In this document: positions 39,854-51,320 of the stretch, piece by piece
How the letters are laid out: the number at the start of each line of letters is the position of its first letter
Numbering within the stretch: position 1 is the first letter of the stretch
The notes under the pieces: generated by a model
The model's input: the letters and a program-made list of their open reading frames with translations, nothing else
Told to the model about the DNA's origin: nothing
Databases searched by the model: none
Position numbers and translations under genes: made by a program
Assembly (NCBI GenBank): GCA_032654565.1
Contig: JAULAX010000009.1
Location: 96,001 to 160,000, forward strand
Origin: Anaeromyxobacteraceae bacterium
Lineage (GTDB): Bacteria; Myxococcota; Myxococcia; Myxococcales; Anaeromyxobacteraceae
Direction of reading: 5' to 3'
DNA: 64,000 bases

Positions 39854-42025
39854 TCAGACGCGGTCGGCCGCGTGGACCCCGTCGATGCGCTGGACGTCGC
39901 GGAGCACCCCGGTCAGCTCCTTGACCCCGGTGATCTCCACCTGCAGGTCGACCACGGCGCGATCCCCGGCGGTCTTGACGTTGGCCAGCGAGATGTTGAT
40001 GTCGGCCTCGGCGAAGGCCCGGGTGATCTTGGCCAGCAGGCCGGGGCGATCGGTGGCGACGATGCGCACCGCCACCGGCCGCTTGAAGCCGCCCTTGACG
40101 TCCCAGGTGACGTCGACGCGCCGCTCGGCCGGGCTCTCCAGCACCTTGTCGCAGGCGGCGGTGTGGACGGTGACGCCGCGCCCGCGGGTGATGAAGCCGA
40201 CGATGGCGTCGCCGGGGACCGGGTTGCAGCACTTGCCGTAGCGCACCAGCATGTCGTCGACGCCGCTGACCCGCACCCCGCTGGCGGCGGAGCGGCCCGC
40301 CACCTTGCGGAAGAGCTCGGAGAGGCGCGAGGCGGGGGCCTCCGGGGCGGGCGGCGCCTGCAGCTGCTCCTGGGGGAGGAGCTGGGCCAGCAGCTGCTGG
40401 GTGGAGACCTTGCCGTAGCCGATGCCGGCCAGCAGGTCGTCGCCGTTGCGGTAGCCGAACGGCGCCGCCGCCTTGGCCAGGGCCCCGGACTTCTCCACCT
40501 TGTTGAGCGAGAGGCCGTACTTGCGCAGGTCCTTCTCGGCCAGCTCCCGGCCGATCTCCAGGGAGCGGCGCTGCTCCTCCTGGCGGATGTACTGGCGGAT
40601 GCGGGCCTGCCCGCGGCTGGTCTTGACGAAGCCGAGCCAGTCCTTGGAGGGGTGGGCGTGCGGCGAGGTGAGGATCTCCACCGAGTCGCCGTTCTTGAGC
40701 TGGTGGCGCAGCGGCACCAGCTTGCCGTTGACCTTGGCGCCGACGCAGTGGCTGCCGATCTCGGAGTGGATGGTGAAGGCGAAGTCGACCGGGGTGGCCC
40801 CGCGCGGCAGGGCCCGGATGGCCCCCTTGGGCGTGAAGACGAAGACCTCGTCGGAGAAGAGGTCGACCTTGACCGTCTCGAGGAACTCGCGCGGGTCGTC
40901 CACCTCCTGCTGGAACTCCACCAGCTGGCGGAGCCAGCCGAACTGGGCGGCGTCCTTGGCGGTGAGCGGCTGCCCCGAGCCGTCGCGCCCCGCCTCCTTG
41001 TAGGCCCAGTGGGCGGCCACGCCCTCCTCGGCGACCCGGTGCATCTCCGCGGTGCGGATCTGCACCTCGATGCGCTCGCCGCGCGGGCCCACCACGGTGG
41101 TGTGGAGCGACTGGTAGCCGTTGGGCTTGGGGATGGCCACGTAGTCCTTGAAGCGCCCCGGCACCGGCTTCCACAACGAGTGGATGACCCCCAGCGACTC
41201 GTAGCACTCGGCCACCGAGGCGACGATGACCCTGAAGCCGATGACGTCCTGGATCTGGTCGAAGTCGACGTCGAGCTGGCGCATCTTCCGCCAGACCGAG
41301 TAGGTGTGCTTGACCCGCCCGGAGACGTCGGGCTTCAGCCCCTGGGCCTCCAGCTTCTCGCGGATGATGGCCACCACCTCGGCGACGAACTTCTCCTTCT
41401 CGCGGGCGATGGCGGCGATGCGCCCGGCCAGGTCGAGGTGGTCGGTGGGGCGCAGGTACTTGAAGGAGAGCTCCTCCAGCTCGGTCTTGACCCACTGGAT
41501 GCCGAGCCGGTTGGCCAGCGGCGCGTAGATGTCCAGGGTCTCCTGGGCGATCCGCTCCTGGGACTCCGGCTTCATGTGGTCGAGCGTCCGCATGTTGTGG
41601 GTGCGGTCGGCCAGCTTCACCAGCAGGACCCGGATGTCCTTGGCCATGGCCACCACCATCTTGCGGAAGTTCTCCGCCTGCTTCTCCTCCCGGGTGTCGG
41701 CGGCGCTGAACTGCGAGAGCTTGGTGACCCCCTCGACCAGGTCGGCGATCTCGGCGCCGAACAGCCCGGCGATCTCCTCGCGGGTGGCCAGGGTGTCCTC
41801 GATGGTGTCGTGGAGCATCCCGGTGACCACGCTGGCCTCGTCGAGCTTGAGCTCGGCGAGGATGCCGGCCACCTCGAGCGGGTGGACCAGGTAGGGCTCG
41901 CCCGACTTGCGCAGCTGCCCCTGGTGGACCTTGGCCGAGTAGACGTAGGCCTTCTTGATCAGGTCGAGGTCGGGGTCCGGGTGGTAGCTGGCGACCCGGT
42001 CGAGGATGTCATTGAGGCGCAGCAA
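39854..42025 (-). CDS. relA: Bifunctional (p)ppGpp synthetase/hydrolase (long RSH)
   Basis: HD hydrolase motifs intact (H..Q.RKSGEPY..HP, LHDTIED), RFKDY..PKPNGYQSLHT, TGS, CC.P.PGD, ACT domain. Confidence 0.96.
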   Translation of the reverse strand: MLRLNDILDRVASYHPDPDLDLIKKAYVYSAKVHQGQLRKSGEPYLVHPLEVAGILAELKLDEASVVTGMLHDTIEDTLATREEIAGLFGAEIADLVEGVTKLSQFSAADTREEKQAENFRKMVVAMAKDIRVLLVKLADRTHNMRTLDHMKPESQERIAQETLDIYAPLANRLGIQWVKTELEELSFKYLRPTDHLDLAGRIAAIAREKEKFVAEVVAIIREKLEAQGLKPDVSGRVKHTYSVWRKMRQLDVDFDQIQDVIGFRVIVASVAECYESLGVIHSLWKPVPGRFKDYVAIPKPNGYQSLHTTVVGPRGERIEVQIRTAEMHRVAEEGVAAHWAYKEAGRDGSGQPLTAKDAAQFGWLRQLVEFQQEVDDPREFLETVKVDLFSDEVFVFTPKGAIRALPRGATPVDFAFTIHSEIGSHCVGAKVNGKLVPLRHQLKNGDSVEILTSPHAHPSKDWLGFVKTSRGQARIRQYIRQEEQRRSLEIGRELAEKDLRKYGLSLNKVEKSGALAKAAAPFGYRNGDDLLAGIGYGKVSTQQLLAQLLPQEQLQAPPAPEAPASRLSELFRKVAGRSAASGVRVSGVDDMLVRYGKCCNPVPGDAIVGFITRGRGVTVHTAACDKVLESPAERRVDVTWDVKGGFKRPVAVRIVATDRPGLLAKITRAFAEADINISLANVKTAGDRAVVDLQVEITGVKELTGVLRDVQRIDGVHAADRV

Positions 42026-42140
42026 GGCCTTTCAGAGTAGCGTCCCGCTCGCCGGCCCGGCAAGGTCGGCGCCGGATTCGATACCGCCCGGTTGAGCCGG
42101 GGGCGGCCCCGGGGTAAGAAAATCCAGACGGAGGGCCCCT

Positions 42141-43289
42141 TTGCTCAAGTGCAAGTCCTGTGGTGGCGAGCTCGACCTGACCATGAGCGCCTGCCCCGCC
42201 TGCGGCGCCGAGGTGGAGCTGGGCCGGCTCACCGGCATCCTCGGGATCGTCTGCCGGGCCTGCGACGCCTACAACGAGCCGGGGGCCCGCGCCTGCGCCT
42301 CCTGCGGCGCCGCCATCGGCGAGCCCCCCGGCCCCATCCAGACCCCACCCTTCACCGCCGCGGTGGTCCCGCCCCGCCCGGTGACGCCGGCCCTGACCCC
42401 GGCCGCCCTCACCCCCCGCCCCGCCTCCACCACCCCCACCTCCCCGCCGGCGGTCCCCGGCCAGCCGGTGCTGCGGGCCTTCCAGCGCGGCGCCGCCGCG
42501 GCCACCCGGGTGGTCCCGCTGGTCCCCTCCCAGTCGCAGCCCGGGAACCAGCTCCCCACCGTGCCGCCGGCCGCCGTCGCCCCGCCCCGGGCCGCCATCC
42601 CCCCCCGGGCCGCCCCGGCCGCCGGGCCGCTCATCCCCGGGCGGGCCACGCTGGTCCTGGAGCGCGGCGAGGGGCTCGACGGCGCCTCGTTCCAGCTCAA
42701 CCGGGAGGTGGTGGGGGCGGGGCGGACGCAGGGAGCGGTCATCTTCCCCGACGATCCCTGCCTGGGACCGCTCCACGCCACCTTCTTCTACCGGGGGGGC
42801 TCGCTCCACCTGCGCGACGAGGGGGCGCCCGGGGGCACCTACCTGCGGCTGCGCGGCCCCTCGGTGCCGCTCCGCGCCGGCGACCTCTTCGCCGTCGGCG
42901 ACCGGCTGCTCCGCTTCGCCGGGCCGCTGCCCGCCGCCCCGCCCGGCCCGCCCGACGGCACCCGGCGGCTCGGGGCCCCCCGCCCGCCCACGCCCACGGT
43001 GGTCATCGAGGAGCTGCTCGAGGGCGGCGCCACCGGCCGGGTCTACGTGCGCGGCGGCGGCTCGGTCACCATCGGCCGCTCCGGCTGCGCCGTGAACCTG
43101 GGGGATGACCCCTACCTCTCGCAGGCCCACGCCGAGCTGGTGATCGACTCGGCCGGCGGCGCCCGGCTCAAGGACCTCGGTTCGTCGAACGGCACCTTCG
43201 TCCGGGTCCCTCCCCACGCCGAGCGCGAGCTGCACGACGGCGACTGGATCCGACTGGGGCGCGAGGTGCTGCGGGTCCAGGTCGACTGA
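42141..43289 (+). CDS. Double zinc-ribbon + two FHA domain protein
   Basis: Four CxxC pairs. FHA2 has IGR..S..HA..DLGSSNGT; FHA1 is degenerate. Confidence 0.85.
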   Translation: MLKCKSCGGELDLTMSACPACGAEVELGRLTGILGIVCRACDAYNEPGARACASCGAAIGEPPGPIQTPPFTAAVVPPRPVTPALTPAALTPRPASTTPTSPPAVPGQPVLRAFQRGAAAATRVVPLVPSQSQPGNQLPTVPPAAVAPPRAAIPPRAAPAAGPLIPGRATLVLERGEGLDGASFQLNREVVGAGRTQGAVIFPDDPCLGPLHATFFYRGGSLHLRDEGAPGGTYLRLRGPSVPLRAGDLFAVGDRLLRFAGPLPAAPPGPPDGTRRLGAPRPPTPTVVIEELLEGGATGRVYVRGGGSVTIGRSGCAVNLGDDPYLSQAHAELVIDSAGGARLKDLGSSNGTFVRVPPHAERELHDGDWIRLGREVLRVQVD

Positions 43290-43338
43290 CGCCCGCCCCG
43301 GGCCTCGCGCCTGGGACCGGGCCTCTGGGGAGCTCACC

Positions 43339-43644
43339 ATGGCCATCGCCTTCCTCACCATCACGCCGCTCGGCACCGCCACCCCCAGCGTCTCGCGCTT
43401 CGTGGCCGGCGTGGAGGAGATCCTGCGCGGCACCACGCTCACCCACCAGCTCACCGCCATGGGGACCATCATCGAGGGCGATCTCGACGAGATCCTCGCG
43501 GTGGTGCGCCGCATGCACGAGCACCCCTTCACCCAGGGGGCGCAGCGTGTCTCCACCTCGCTGCGCATCGACGACCGGCGCGACAAGCAGGCCACCATCG
43601 CCGGCAAGATGCGCTCGGTGGAGGAGAAGCTGAAGCCGGGCTGA
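43339..43644 (+). CDS. MTH1187 family thiamine-binding protein
   Basis: P.GT..PSVS..VA, TAMGT.IEG, RV.T..RID.R.DK. Confidence 0.9.
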   Translation: MAIAFLTITPLGTATPSVSRFVAGVEEILRGTTLTHQLTAMGTIIEGDLDEILAVVRRMHEHPFTQGAQRVSTSLRIDDRRDKQATIAGKMRSVEEKLKPG

Positions 43645-43673
43645 GCCGGTCCCGGGGCCGCCGCCCGGACCAG

Positions 43674-44525
43674 CTACCGGAGGTGGTCCTTCGCCAGCAC
43701 GGTCCAGTCGCTGCGGGCCTCCCCGCGCGCCAGCGCGGCGTCCATGGCCGCGGCGATGGCGGGGATGAGCGTGAGCGCCACGCCGCCGGCGTCGGCCGCC
43801 TCCAGCATCAGCCGCGCGTCCTTGCGGGCCATGGCCAGCTCCCAGGACGGGTGGCTCCAGTCGGCGGCCAGGATGCGCTTCACCCGCTGCGGCACCGCCG
43901 CCCCCGGGTTGAAGAGGTCGAAGAGCGCCCCCGCCTCGGCCGGAGGGATCCCCTCCGCCTTGCCGAGCGCCAGCGCGTCGATGAGGCCGGTGGTCATGGC
44001 CATGAGGAAGAGGTTGCCGACCAGCTTCAGGCCGGCCGCCCGCTCCTCCTGCGGCCCCACCCAGGTGAGCGTGCCGGTCATCTTCCCCAGCGCCGGGGCC
44101 AGCCCGTCGAAGCGCCCCCGGTCGCCGGAGGCGAGCATCAGGCCGGTCCCCTCCAGCGCGTTGACCGGCCCCATGAAGACCGGCGCGTGCTGGAAGGCGA
44201 CGCCGCGCCCGCTCCAGCGGGCGGCGCGGGCGGCGGTCCCGGCCGGCGAGGTGGTGGTGTGGTCGACGAGGACGGCGCCGGGGGCGAGCCCGGGGAGCGC
44301 CTGCTCCAGCACCTGGTCCACCGCGGCGTCGTCGGAGAGGGCGAGGTGGACACGGGCGGCGCCGCGCACCGCCGCGGCCGGCGAGTCGCAGGCCAGCGCG
44401 CCGTCGGCGACGAGGGCCCGCGCCTTCTCCGGCGTCCGGTTCCAGGCCTGCACCGCCTCGCCGCGCCGCCGCAGCGCGCGGACGAAGTTGCCGCCGAGCA
44501 GGCCGGTTCCGAGGAAGGCGATCAT
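43674..44525 (-). CDS. NAD(P)-dependent oxidoreductase (3-hydroxyisobutyrate dehydrogenase family)
   Basis: IAFLGTGLLG, WNRT..KA, D.TT.SP, KLVGN, ARKD. Confidence 0.88.
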   Translation of the reverse strand: MIAFLGTGLLGGNFVRALRRRGEAVQAWNRTPEKARALVADGALACDSPAAAVRGAARVHLALSDDAAVDQVLEQALPGLAPGAVLVDHTTTSPAGTAARAARWSGRGVAFQHAPVFMGPVNALEGTGLMLASGDRGRFDGLAPALGKMTGTLTWVGPQEERAAGLKLVGNLFLMAMTTGLIDALALGKAEGIPPAEAGALFDLFNPGAAVPQRVKRILAADWSHPSWELAMARKDARLMLEAADAGGVALTLIPAIAAAMDAALARGEARSDWTVLAKDHLR

Positions 44526-44539
44526 GGTGGGCTCCGCCG

Positions 44540-46204
<1,665 letters not shown>

Positions 46205-46269
46205 GGCGGGACATCCTACACCGCGGCCGGTCCGTTGACCGCACCGGCCGGTCGTGGCGAGATGGGGGG

Positions 46270-47199
46270 ATGGCCAGGCCGGTGAAGTGCCCCCGCTGCT
46301 CGCGGGACAACGACGCGTCGTTCGCCTTCTGCCTCGACTGCGGCCAGGCCATGCGCCCGGCCGGCGCCGAGTCGGCGGCGCGCCACTGCGTCGGCTGCGG
46401 CGCCGCGCTCCAGCCCGGCTTCAAGTTCTGCGCCCACTGCGGCCGGGCCGCCGCGGCCGCCGGCCAGGCCGCCGCCGGCCCGCCGGTGGCCCCGCGCCCC
46501 CAGCCCTCCCGCCCCCAGGTCCCGGCCACCACCTCCGGCACCTCGCTGCAGGTCACGGTGATCGAGTCGGCGCCCCGCCTCTGCGCCGTCCGCCACGACG
46601 GCCTGCCCGGCCTGGTGCTGGAGCTGCAGCACGAGGAGACCCTGTGCGGCCGGACCGAGGGGGAGCTGCGGCTGGCCGACGACCCGACCGTCTCGCCGCG
46701 CCACGCCCGCTTCGTCCGCCACGGGCGGCAGGTGCGGGTCGAGGACCTGGGGAGCGTCAACGGCACCTACCTGCGGCTGCGCGGGACCCACCGGGTCTCG
46801 GTGGGCGAGGAGCTGCGCATCGGCCGGCAGCTGGTGCGGCTGGAGCCCCTGCCCCGCCCCGCCCCGGCCGCCGAGCGCGACGGCCGGCCCTGGGGCTCGA
46901 CCGACGCGGGCGCCACCCTGCGGCTGGCCCAGCTGCTCGACGGCGGCGGGGTGGCCGAGGTCTTCCCCCTGCGCCCCGGCGAGAACACGGTGGGGCGCGA
47001 CGCCGGCGACGTCACCTTCCCGGGGGACCGCTACGTCTCGGCCCGCCACGCCATCCTCCGGGTGGAGCCGGGGGGCGTGACCATCACCGACCTGGGCAGC
47101 TCCAACGGGAGCTTCGTCAAGGTGGTGGGGACGGCGGAGCTGGCGCCCGGCGACCAGCTGCTGCTGGGATCCCAGCTCTTCCGGCTCGACGCCTCCTGA
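46270..47199 (+). CDS. Double zinc-ribbon + two FHA domain protein
   Basis: Four CxxC pairs; both FHA domains keep GR..S..H..NG. Confidence 0.88.
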   Translation: MARPVKCPRCSRDNDASFAFCLDCGQAMRPAGAESAARHCVGCGAALQPGFKFCAHCGRAAAAAGQAAAGPPVAPRPQPSRPQVPATTSGTSLQVTVIESAPRLCAVRHDGLPGLVLELQHEETLCGRTEGELRLADDPTVSPRHARFVRHGRQVRVEDLGSVNGTYLRLRGTHRVSVGEELRIGRQLVRLEPLPRPAPAAERDGRPWGSTDAGATLRLAQLLDGGGVAEVFPLRPGENTVGRDAGDVTFPGDRYVSARHAILRVEPGGVTITDLGSSNGSFVKVVGTAELAPGDQLLLGSQLFRLDAS

Positions 47200-47253
47200 G
47201 GCGCCGTCGCCGCGACCTGGCCGCCCCTTCTGCCCGGGGGCGGGCGCGGCGAG

Positions 47254-47616
47254 CTACCCGAAGGACTTCTCCTTCTGCTCCTGCTCTTCCTTGCAGCGGA
47301 TGCAGAGGGTGGTGACGGGGCGGGCCTCGAGCCGCTTGGCCGAGATCTCCTCCTCGCACTTCTCGCAGATGCCGAAGGTCCCGGTGTCGACCCGGGCCAG
47401 CGCCTTCTCGATCTTGGAGAGCAGGAACTTCTCCCGGTCGCGCAGCCGGAAGATCATCGACTGGGTGTATTCGCTCGAGGCCTGGTCGATCTCGTCGGGC
47501 AGGTCGTCGGTGTCGAAGCTGGCCTCCTCGGACAAGGTCTTCTTGGCCGACGCCAGGAGCTGGCGCTTCGACTCCTCGAGCATCGTCTTGAACCGCTTCA
47601 GGTCCTTCTTGTTCAA
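47254..47616 (-). CDS. dksA: RNA polymerase-binding transcription factor DksA
   Basis: DEIDQA coiled-coil tip, CEKC...RLEARP...CIRCK zinc finger. TTG start with GGAGG RBS. Confidence 0.93.
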   Translation of the reverse strand: MNKKDLKRFKTMLEESKRQLLASAKKTLSEEASFDTDDLPDEIDQASSEYTQSMIFRLRDREKFLLSKIEKALARVDTGTFGICEKCEEEISAKRLEARPVTTLCIRCKEEQEQKEKSFG

Positions 47617-47663
47617 GCGAATTCCTCCAACCCGTGCCCCCCCGGGGGCTCGAAAGACCCGTG

Positions 47664-47692
47664 AACCTAGACGCCGAGGGCAGGCGTGTCAA
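47664..47692 (-). promoter_or_regulatory. sigma70-type promoter for dksA
   Basis: TTGACA-N17-TAGGTT. Confidence 0.7.
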
Positions 47693-47720
47693 GGCAAGCC
47701 GGACGGCCTCGGCGGTGGTT

Positions 47721-47749
47721 TTGACTCCCCCTCCGGGCGCGTCGATACT
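47721..47749 (+). promoter_or_regulatory. sigma70-type promoter for the diadenylate cyclase gene (leaderless)
   Basis: TTGACT-N17-GATACT, 6 nt before the ATG at 47756. Confidence 0.55.
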
Positions 47750-47755
47750 GGCCCC

Positions 47756-48640
47756 ATGTCGGACGGACGATTCGACCGTGAGTTCTTGAAGTCGGCGCTG
47801 GCCCTCTCCACCCGCTCCGAGGTGGATCGCCTGCTGCTGGTCTCCGACGCCCCGCTCTCGCCCAACGACATCCGCGGCCGCCCCATCAAGAAGAAGCTGG
47901 TCTACGCCGTCACCAGCGACGGCCTGGCCCACCAGCTCCGCTCCCGCAAGTACCTGGCGGTGGTCATTCCGCCCTACGACTACACCCGGGTGGAGAAGAT
48001 CAAGGTGGCCATCGTGGCCGCCCAGTCGGCCGGGCTGGTCCGCGACGGCGACACCGTGCTGGCCTGCTGCGGCCCCGGCGACGACAAGACCGCCGACACC
48101 ATGATCAAGGTGGTGATCGGCGGCGAGGATCCCGAGGAGAAGATCCGGGTCGACACCCTGGGCCTGCCCTCGGGCTTCTCCACCCAGGTGATCGAGGGGC
48201 TGATCCACACCGCCATGGAGATCGGCGCCGAGGGCTACGAGGGGCACGCCATCGGCACCATCATCGTGGTCGGCGACTCCACCAGGGTGATGGAGAAGAG
48301 CCGGCAGCTGACGCTCAACCCCTTCCAGGGGATCAGCGAGGCCGACCGCAACTCGCTCGACCCGCCCATCCGCGAGGCGGTCAAGACCTTCTCCGCCCTC
48401 GACGGCGCCTTCATCATCCGCGAGGACGGGGTGGTGCTGGCGGCCGGCCGCTACCTGCTCTCCATGAGCCGCGACGTGACGCTGCCGCTCGGCCTGGGGG
48501 CGCGCCACTCGGCGGCCGCCTCGATGACCAGCGACACCAAGGCCATCGCCATCACCGTCTCACAGACCAGCGGCGCCGTCCGCGTCTTCCGCGAGGGCTC
48601 CATCGTCCTGGAGCTGCGCCAGCGCATCCGCCGGGTATAG
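47756..48640 (+). CDS. Diadenylate cyclase, DisA_N domain, DacZ/CdaZ-like architecture
   Basis: EG.EG..IGT, LNPF.G, DGAFII, GLGARHSAA, VSQ..G; soluble N-terminal domain, no TM. Confidence 0.85.
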   Translation: MSDGRFDREFLKSALALSTRSEVDRLLLVSDAPLSPNDIRGRPIKKKLVYAVTSDGLAHQLRSRKYLAVVIPPYDYTRVEKIKVAIVAAQSAGLVRDGDTVLACCGPGDDKTADTMIKVVIGGEDPEEKIRVDTLGLPSGFSTQVIEGLIHTAMEIGAEGYEGHAIGTIIVVGDSTRVMEKSRQLTLNPFQGISEADRNSLDPPIREAVKTFSALDGAFIIREDGVVLAAGRYLLSMSRDVTLPLGLGARHSAAASMTSDTKAIAITVSQTSGAVRVFREGSIVLELRQRIRRV

Positions 48641-48816
48641 TGCCCCGACCCAGGCGAGATGACGTGACGAGAGAGCCGAGACCGAAGCGAGGCTGGCGCC
48701 CGAGGAGGGAGCAGCAGAAGCGTAGTGGATCTACGCTGAGCAGCGGACCGACGAGGCCGCCTGCCGCAGCGAGAGGATCGGCTCTCGCAGTAGGCATCTT
48801 GCCTGGGTCGGGGCAC
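48640..48816. mobile_element. MITE, 177 bp, with 22-bp TIRs and TA target duplication
   Basis: TA|GTGCCCCGACCCAGGCGAGATG ... CATCTTGCCTGGGTCGGGGCAC|TA (1 mismatch); internal hairpin AGCGTAG-TGGAT-CTACGCT. Confidence 0.85.
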
Positions 48817-48826
48817 TAGGACCGCC

Positions 48827-50314
48827 ATGCCCCCCCGGCTCACCCCGGCCCGCGCCGCGCTGCTGCTGGTGGGCGCCTCGCTGCTGCTCCACGTCGGCTA
48901 CGCCGGCCTGGTCCCGCTCTCCCCGCAGGAGGCCTACTACTGGTCCTGGGGCCGCCGCCTCGCCCTCTCCTACTTCGACCACCCGCCGCTGGCGGCCTGG
49001 ACCATCCGCGGCTTCACCCAGCTCCTCGGCGACGGGGAGCGGGCCATCCGCCTGGCCGCCGCCTTCCACTCCGGCCTCTTCTTCCTCTTCCTCTTCCTGA
49101 CCGGGCGGCGGCTCTTCGGGGAGCGGGCGGCGCTGCTGGCCACCGCCTTCGGCCTGCTCGCCCCCATCACCTCGCTCGGCCAGGTGGTGATCACCCCGGA
49201 CGGCCCGCTGCTCTCCGGCTGGGCCGCCTGCCTCTACTTCACGGTGCGGGCGCTCGACGAGGAGGACGGCCGCTGGCTGCTGGCCGCCGGGCTGGCCACC
49301 GGGCTGGCCGCGCTCGGCAAGTACACCGCCTTCATGCTGGTGCCGCAGCTCGGCCTGGCCCTGCTGCTCGACCCGAGGGGCCGCCGGCTGCTGGCCTCCC
49401 CCTGGCCCTGGCTGGGGCTGCTGCTGGCCGGGCTGGTCTTCTCGCCGGTGCTGCTCTGGAACGCCGACCGCCGCTTCGTCAGCTTCCTCTTCCAGTCGGG
49501 GGGGCGGACCAGCACCTTCGCGTTCAACCCGGTGCTGGTGGGGCGCTTCGTCGGCCTGCAGGCGCTCAGCGTCTCGCCGCTGCTCTGGCTGGCGGTGATG
49601 GGGGCGCCGTTCCTGGCGGCGCGCCGCTGGCGCGAGCCGCGGTGGCGGGTGGCGGCCCTCTTCTCGCTGCCGCTGGTGCTGCTGATGCTGGCCATCTCCC
49701 CGTTCCACTGGGTGAAGATGAACTGGGGCGCGCCGGCCTACCCGGCGGCGCTGCTGGCCGTGTCGGCGCTCGCGCTGGAGGGGTGGGGGCGTCCCTGGGT
49801 GCGCCGCTTCACCTGGTCGGCGGGGGCGCTGGCGGCCCTCTTCAGCCTCTACACCCACCTGATGCCGCTCTGGCCGGCGCTCCCCTTCCCGGCCCGCGAC
49901 GAGATGTTCGCCGGGTGGCGGCAGCTGGCCGACCGCGTCGACGCCGAGCGGCGGGCCATGGGCGGCGACCCGCTGGTGGTCGGCTGCACCTACAAGCCGG
50001 CCGCCGAGCTGGCCTACTACCTGCCGGGCCGGCCGCAGACGCAGTCGGCCGGCGTCTTCGGCCAGAACGGGCTGCAGTTCGACGAGTGGCTCGACCCGGC
50101 CGCGGTGCGCGGGAAGGCCCTGCTGATCGTCGTCGACCCGCGCGAGCGGCGGACCTGCCTCGGGATGAAGCGGCTCTGCGCCACCCTCACCCGCCTCCCG
50201 CCGGAGCCGGTCTGGCGAGGCGCCGACAAGGTCACCGACTTCGAGCTCTCCCGGTGCCAGGTGCGCGACGACGCCGAGGTCCCGCTGCCGCGCTGGCGCA
50301 ACGGCACGCGCTGA
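48827..50314 (+). CDS. Glycosyltransferase family 39 / ArnT-like GT-C membrane protein
   Basis: QEAYYW.W...L..SYFDHPP, TPD.P, GKYT; many TM segments. Confidence 0.88.
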   Translation: MPPRLTPARAALLLVGASLLLHVGYAGLVPLSPQEAYYWSWGRRLALSYFDHPPLAAWTIRGFTQLLGDGERAIRLAAAFHSGLFFLFLFLTGRRLFGERAALLATAFGLLAPITSLGQVVITPDGPLLSGWAACLYFTVRALDEEDGRWLLAAGLATGLAALGKYTAFMLVPQLGLALLLDPRGRRLLASPWPWLGLLLAGLVFSPVLLWNADRRFVSFLFQSGGRTSTFAFNPVLVGRFVGLQALSVSPLLWLAVMGAPFLAARRWREPRWRVAALFSLPLVLLMLAISPFHWVKMNWGAPAYPAALLAVSALALEGWGRPWVRRFTWSAGALAALFSLYTHLMPLWPALPFPARDEMFAGWRQLADRVDAERRAMGGDPLVVGCTYKPAAELAYYLPGRPQTQSAGVFGQNGLQFDEWLDPAAVRGKALLIVVDPRERRTCLGMKRLCATLTRLPPEPVWRGADKVTDFELSRCQVRDDAEVPLPRWRNGTR

Positions 50315-51320
50315 CCAGCGGGCAGGCGGCGCAGTGGGCCGGGGTGAGGCGCGGCGGGCAGGCGCCGCTCATCCCCAGGTGGCAGAGGGCGAAGTCGTGC
50401 CGGACCGGGTCGGCGGGGTCGACCAGCCGCAGGGCCGCGGTGATCTCCTCGGCGGTGCGCCAGCCGGCGTCGGCGCGGCGGGTGAGGCCGAGCCGGCGCG
50501 CCACCCGGTGGACGTGGGTGTCGAGCGGCATGAGCAGCGCCGCCGGCGGCACCCCGGGCCAGGCGCCAAGGTCCACCGGGCCGGGGCCGCGCACCATCCA
50601 GCGCAGGTAGAGGTTCCAGCGCTTGGCGGCGCCCGGGCCGGCGGCGTCGGGGAGCAGGTGGCGCAGGCCGCGCCCGCCCCGGCCGCGCAGCAGGGCGGCG
50701 ACCGGCGGGGCCTGGCGCAGCTCGGCGGCGAAGGCGGCCAGGGCGGGGCGCAGGGCGGACGGACCGCCGCCGGCCTCGGCGAAGAGCGCGGCGAAGCGGG
50801 CGCCGAGCGAGCCGTGGCGGAGGCGCAGCGCGCCGATGGCGGCCAGCAGCGCGGCCAGGTCGGCCGGCTGGTTGAAGCGGTAGCGGAACCAGGCGAAGCG
50901 GGCGAGGAGCCGGGCCCGGGGCCCGTCGGCCGACAGGCCTGCCTCCGCGGCGCCTGTCCACGCCGCCAGCCCAGCCGCGATGTCGTCCACAGCCGCGGCC
51001 GGCGACGGGCCGAGCTGTTCGAGCAGCCGGACCAGGATGGGCTTGAAGAGGTCGGCCCGGCCGTAGGCGAGGCAGGCGGCCAGCAGCCCGGCCACCTCCT
51101 GGTCGAGGGCGGCGGCGTAGCGGCGCGGCAGCTCCACCGGGTCGGCGGCCAGCCGGGCGGTGCGGTCGAGCGTGGCGTCGAGCCGGAGCAGCAGCGGGGC
51201 CAGCGTCGCCGCCTCGACGGCGGTGAAGGGGCGGCGCGTCGCCGGAGCGAGGCGGCGTCTCGTGCTGGGCTTCACGGTGCTGGGCTTCACGGTGCTGGGC
51301 TTCACGGTGCGGGGCTTCAT
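50232..51320 (-). CDS. TIGR02757/DUF2400 family protein (HhH-GPD-like, C-terminal Cys cluster)
   Basis: DPV..PRRY, AYG, KRWNLYLRWMVR, PLDTHV, DPV..DFAL; CAACPL..C. Confidence 0.88.
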   Translation of the reverse strand: MKPRTVKPSTVKPSTVKPSTRRRLAPATRRPFTAVEAATLAPLLLRLDATLDRTARLAADPVELPRRYAAALDQEVAGLLAACLAYGRADLFKPILVRLLEQLGPSPAAAVDDIAAGLAAWTGAAEAGLSADGPRARLLARFAWFRYRFNQPADLAALLAAIGALRLRHGSLGARFAALFAEAGGGPSALRPALAAFAAELRQAPPVAALLRGRGGRGLRHLLPDAAGPGAAKRWNLYLRWMVRGPGPVDLGAWPGVPPAALLMPLDTHVHRVARRLGLTRRADAGWRTAEEITAALRLVDPADPVRHDFALCHLGMSGACPPRLTPAHCAACPLVSACRCASAAAGPRRRRAPGTGRARSR

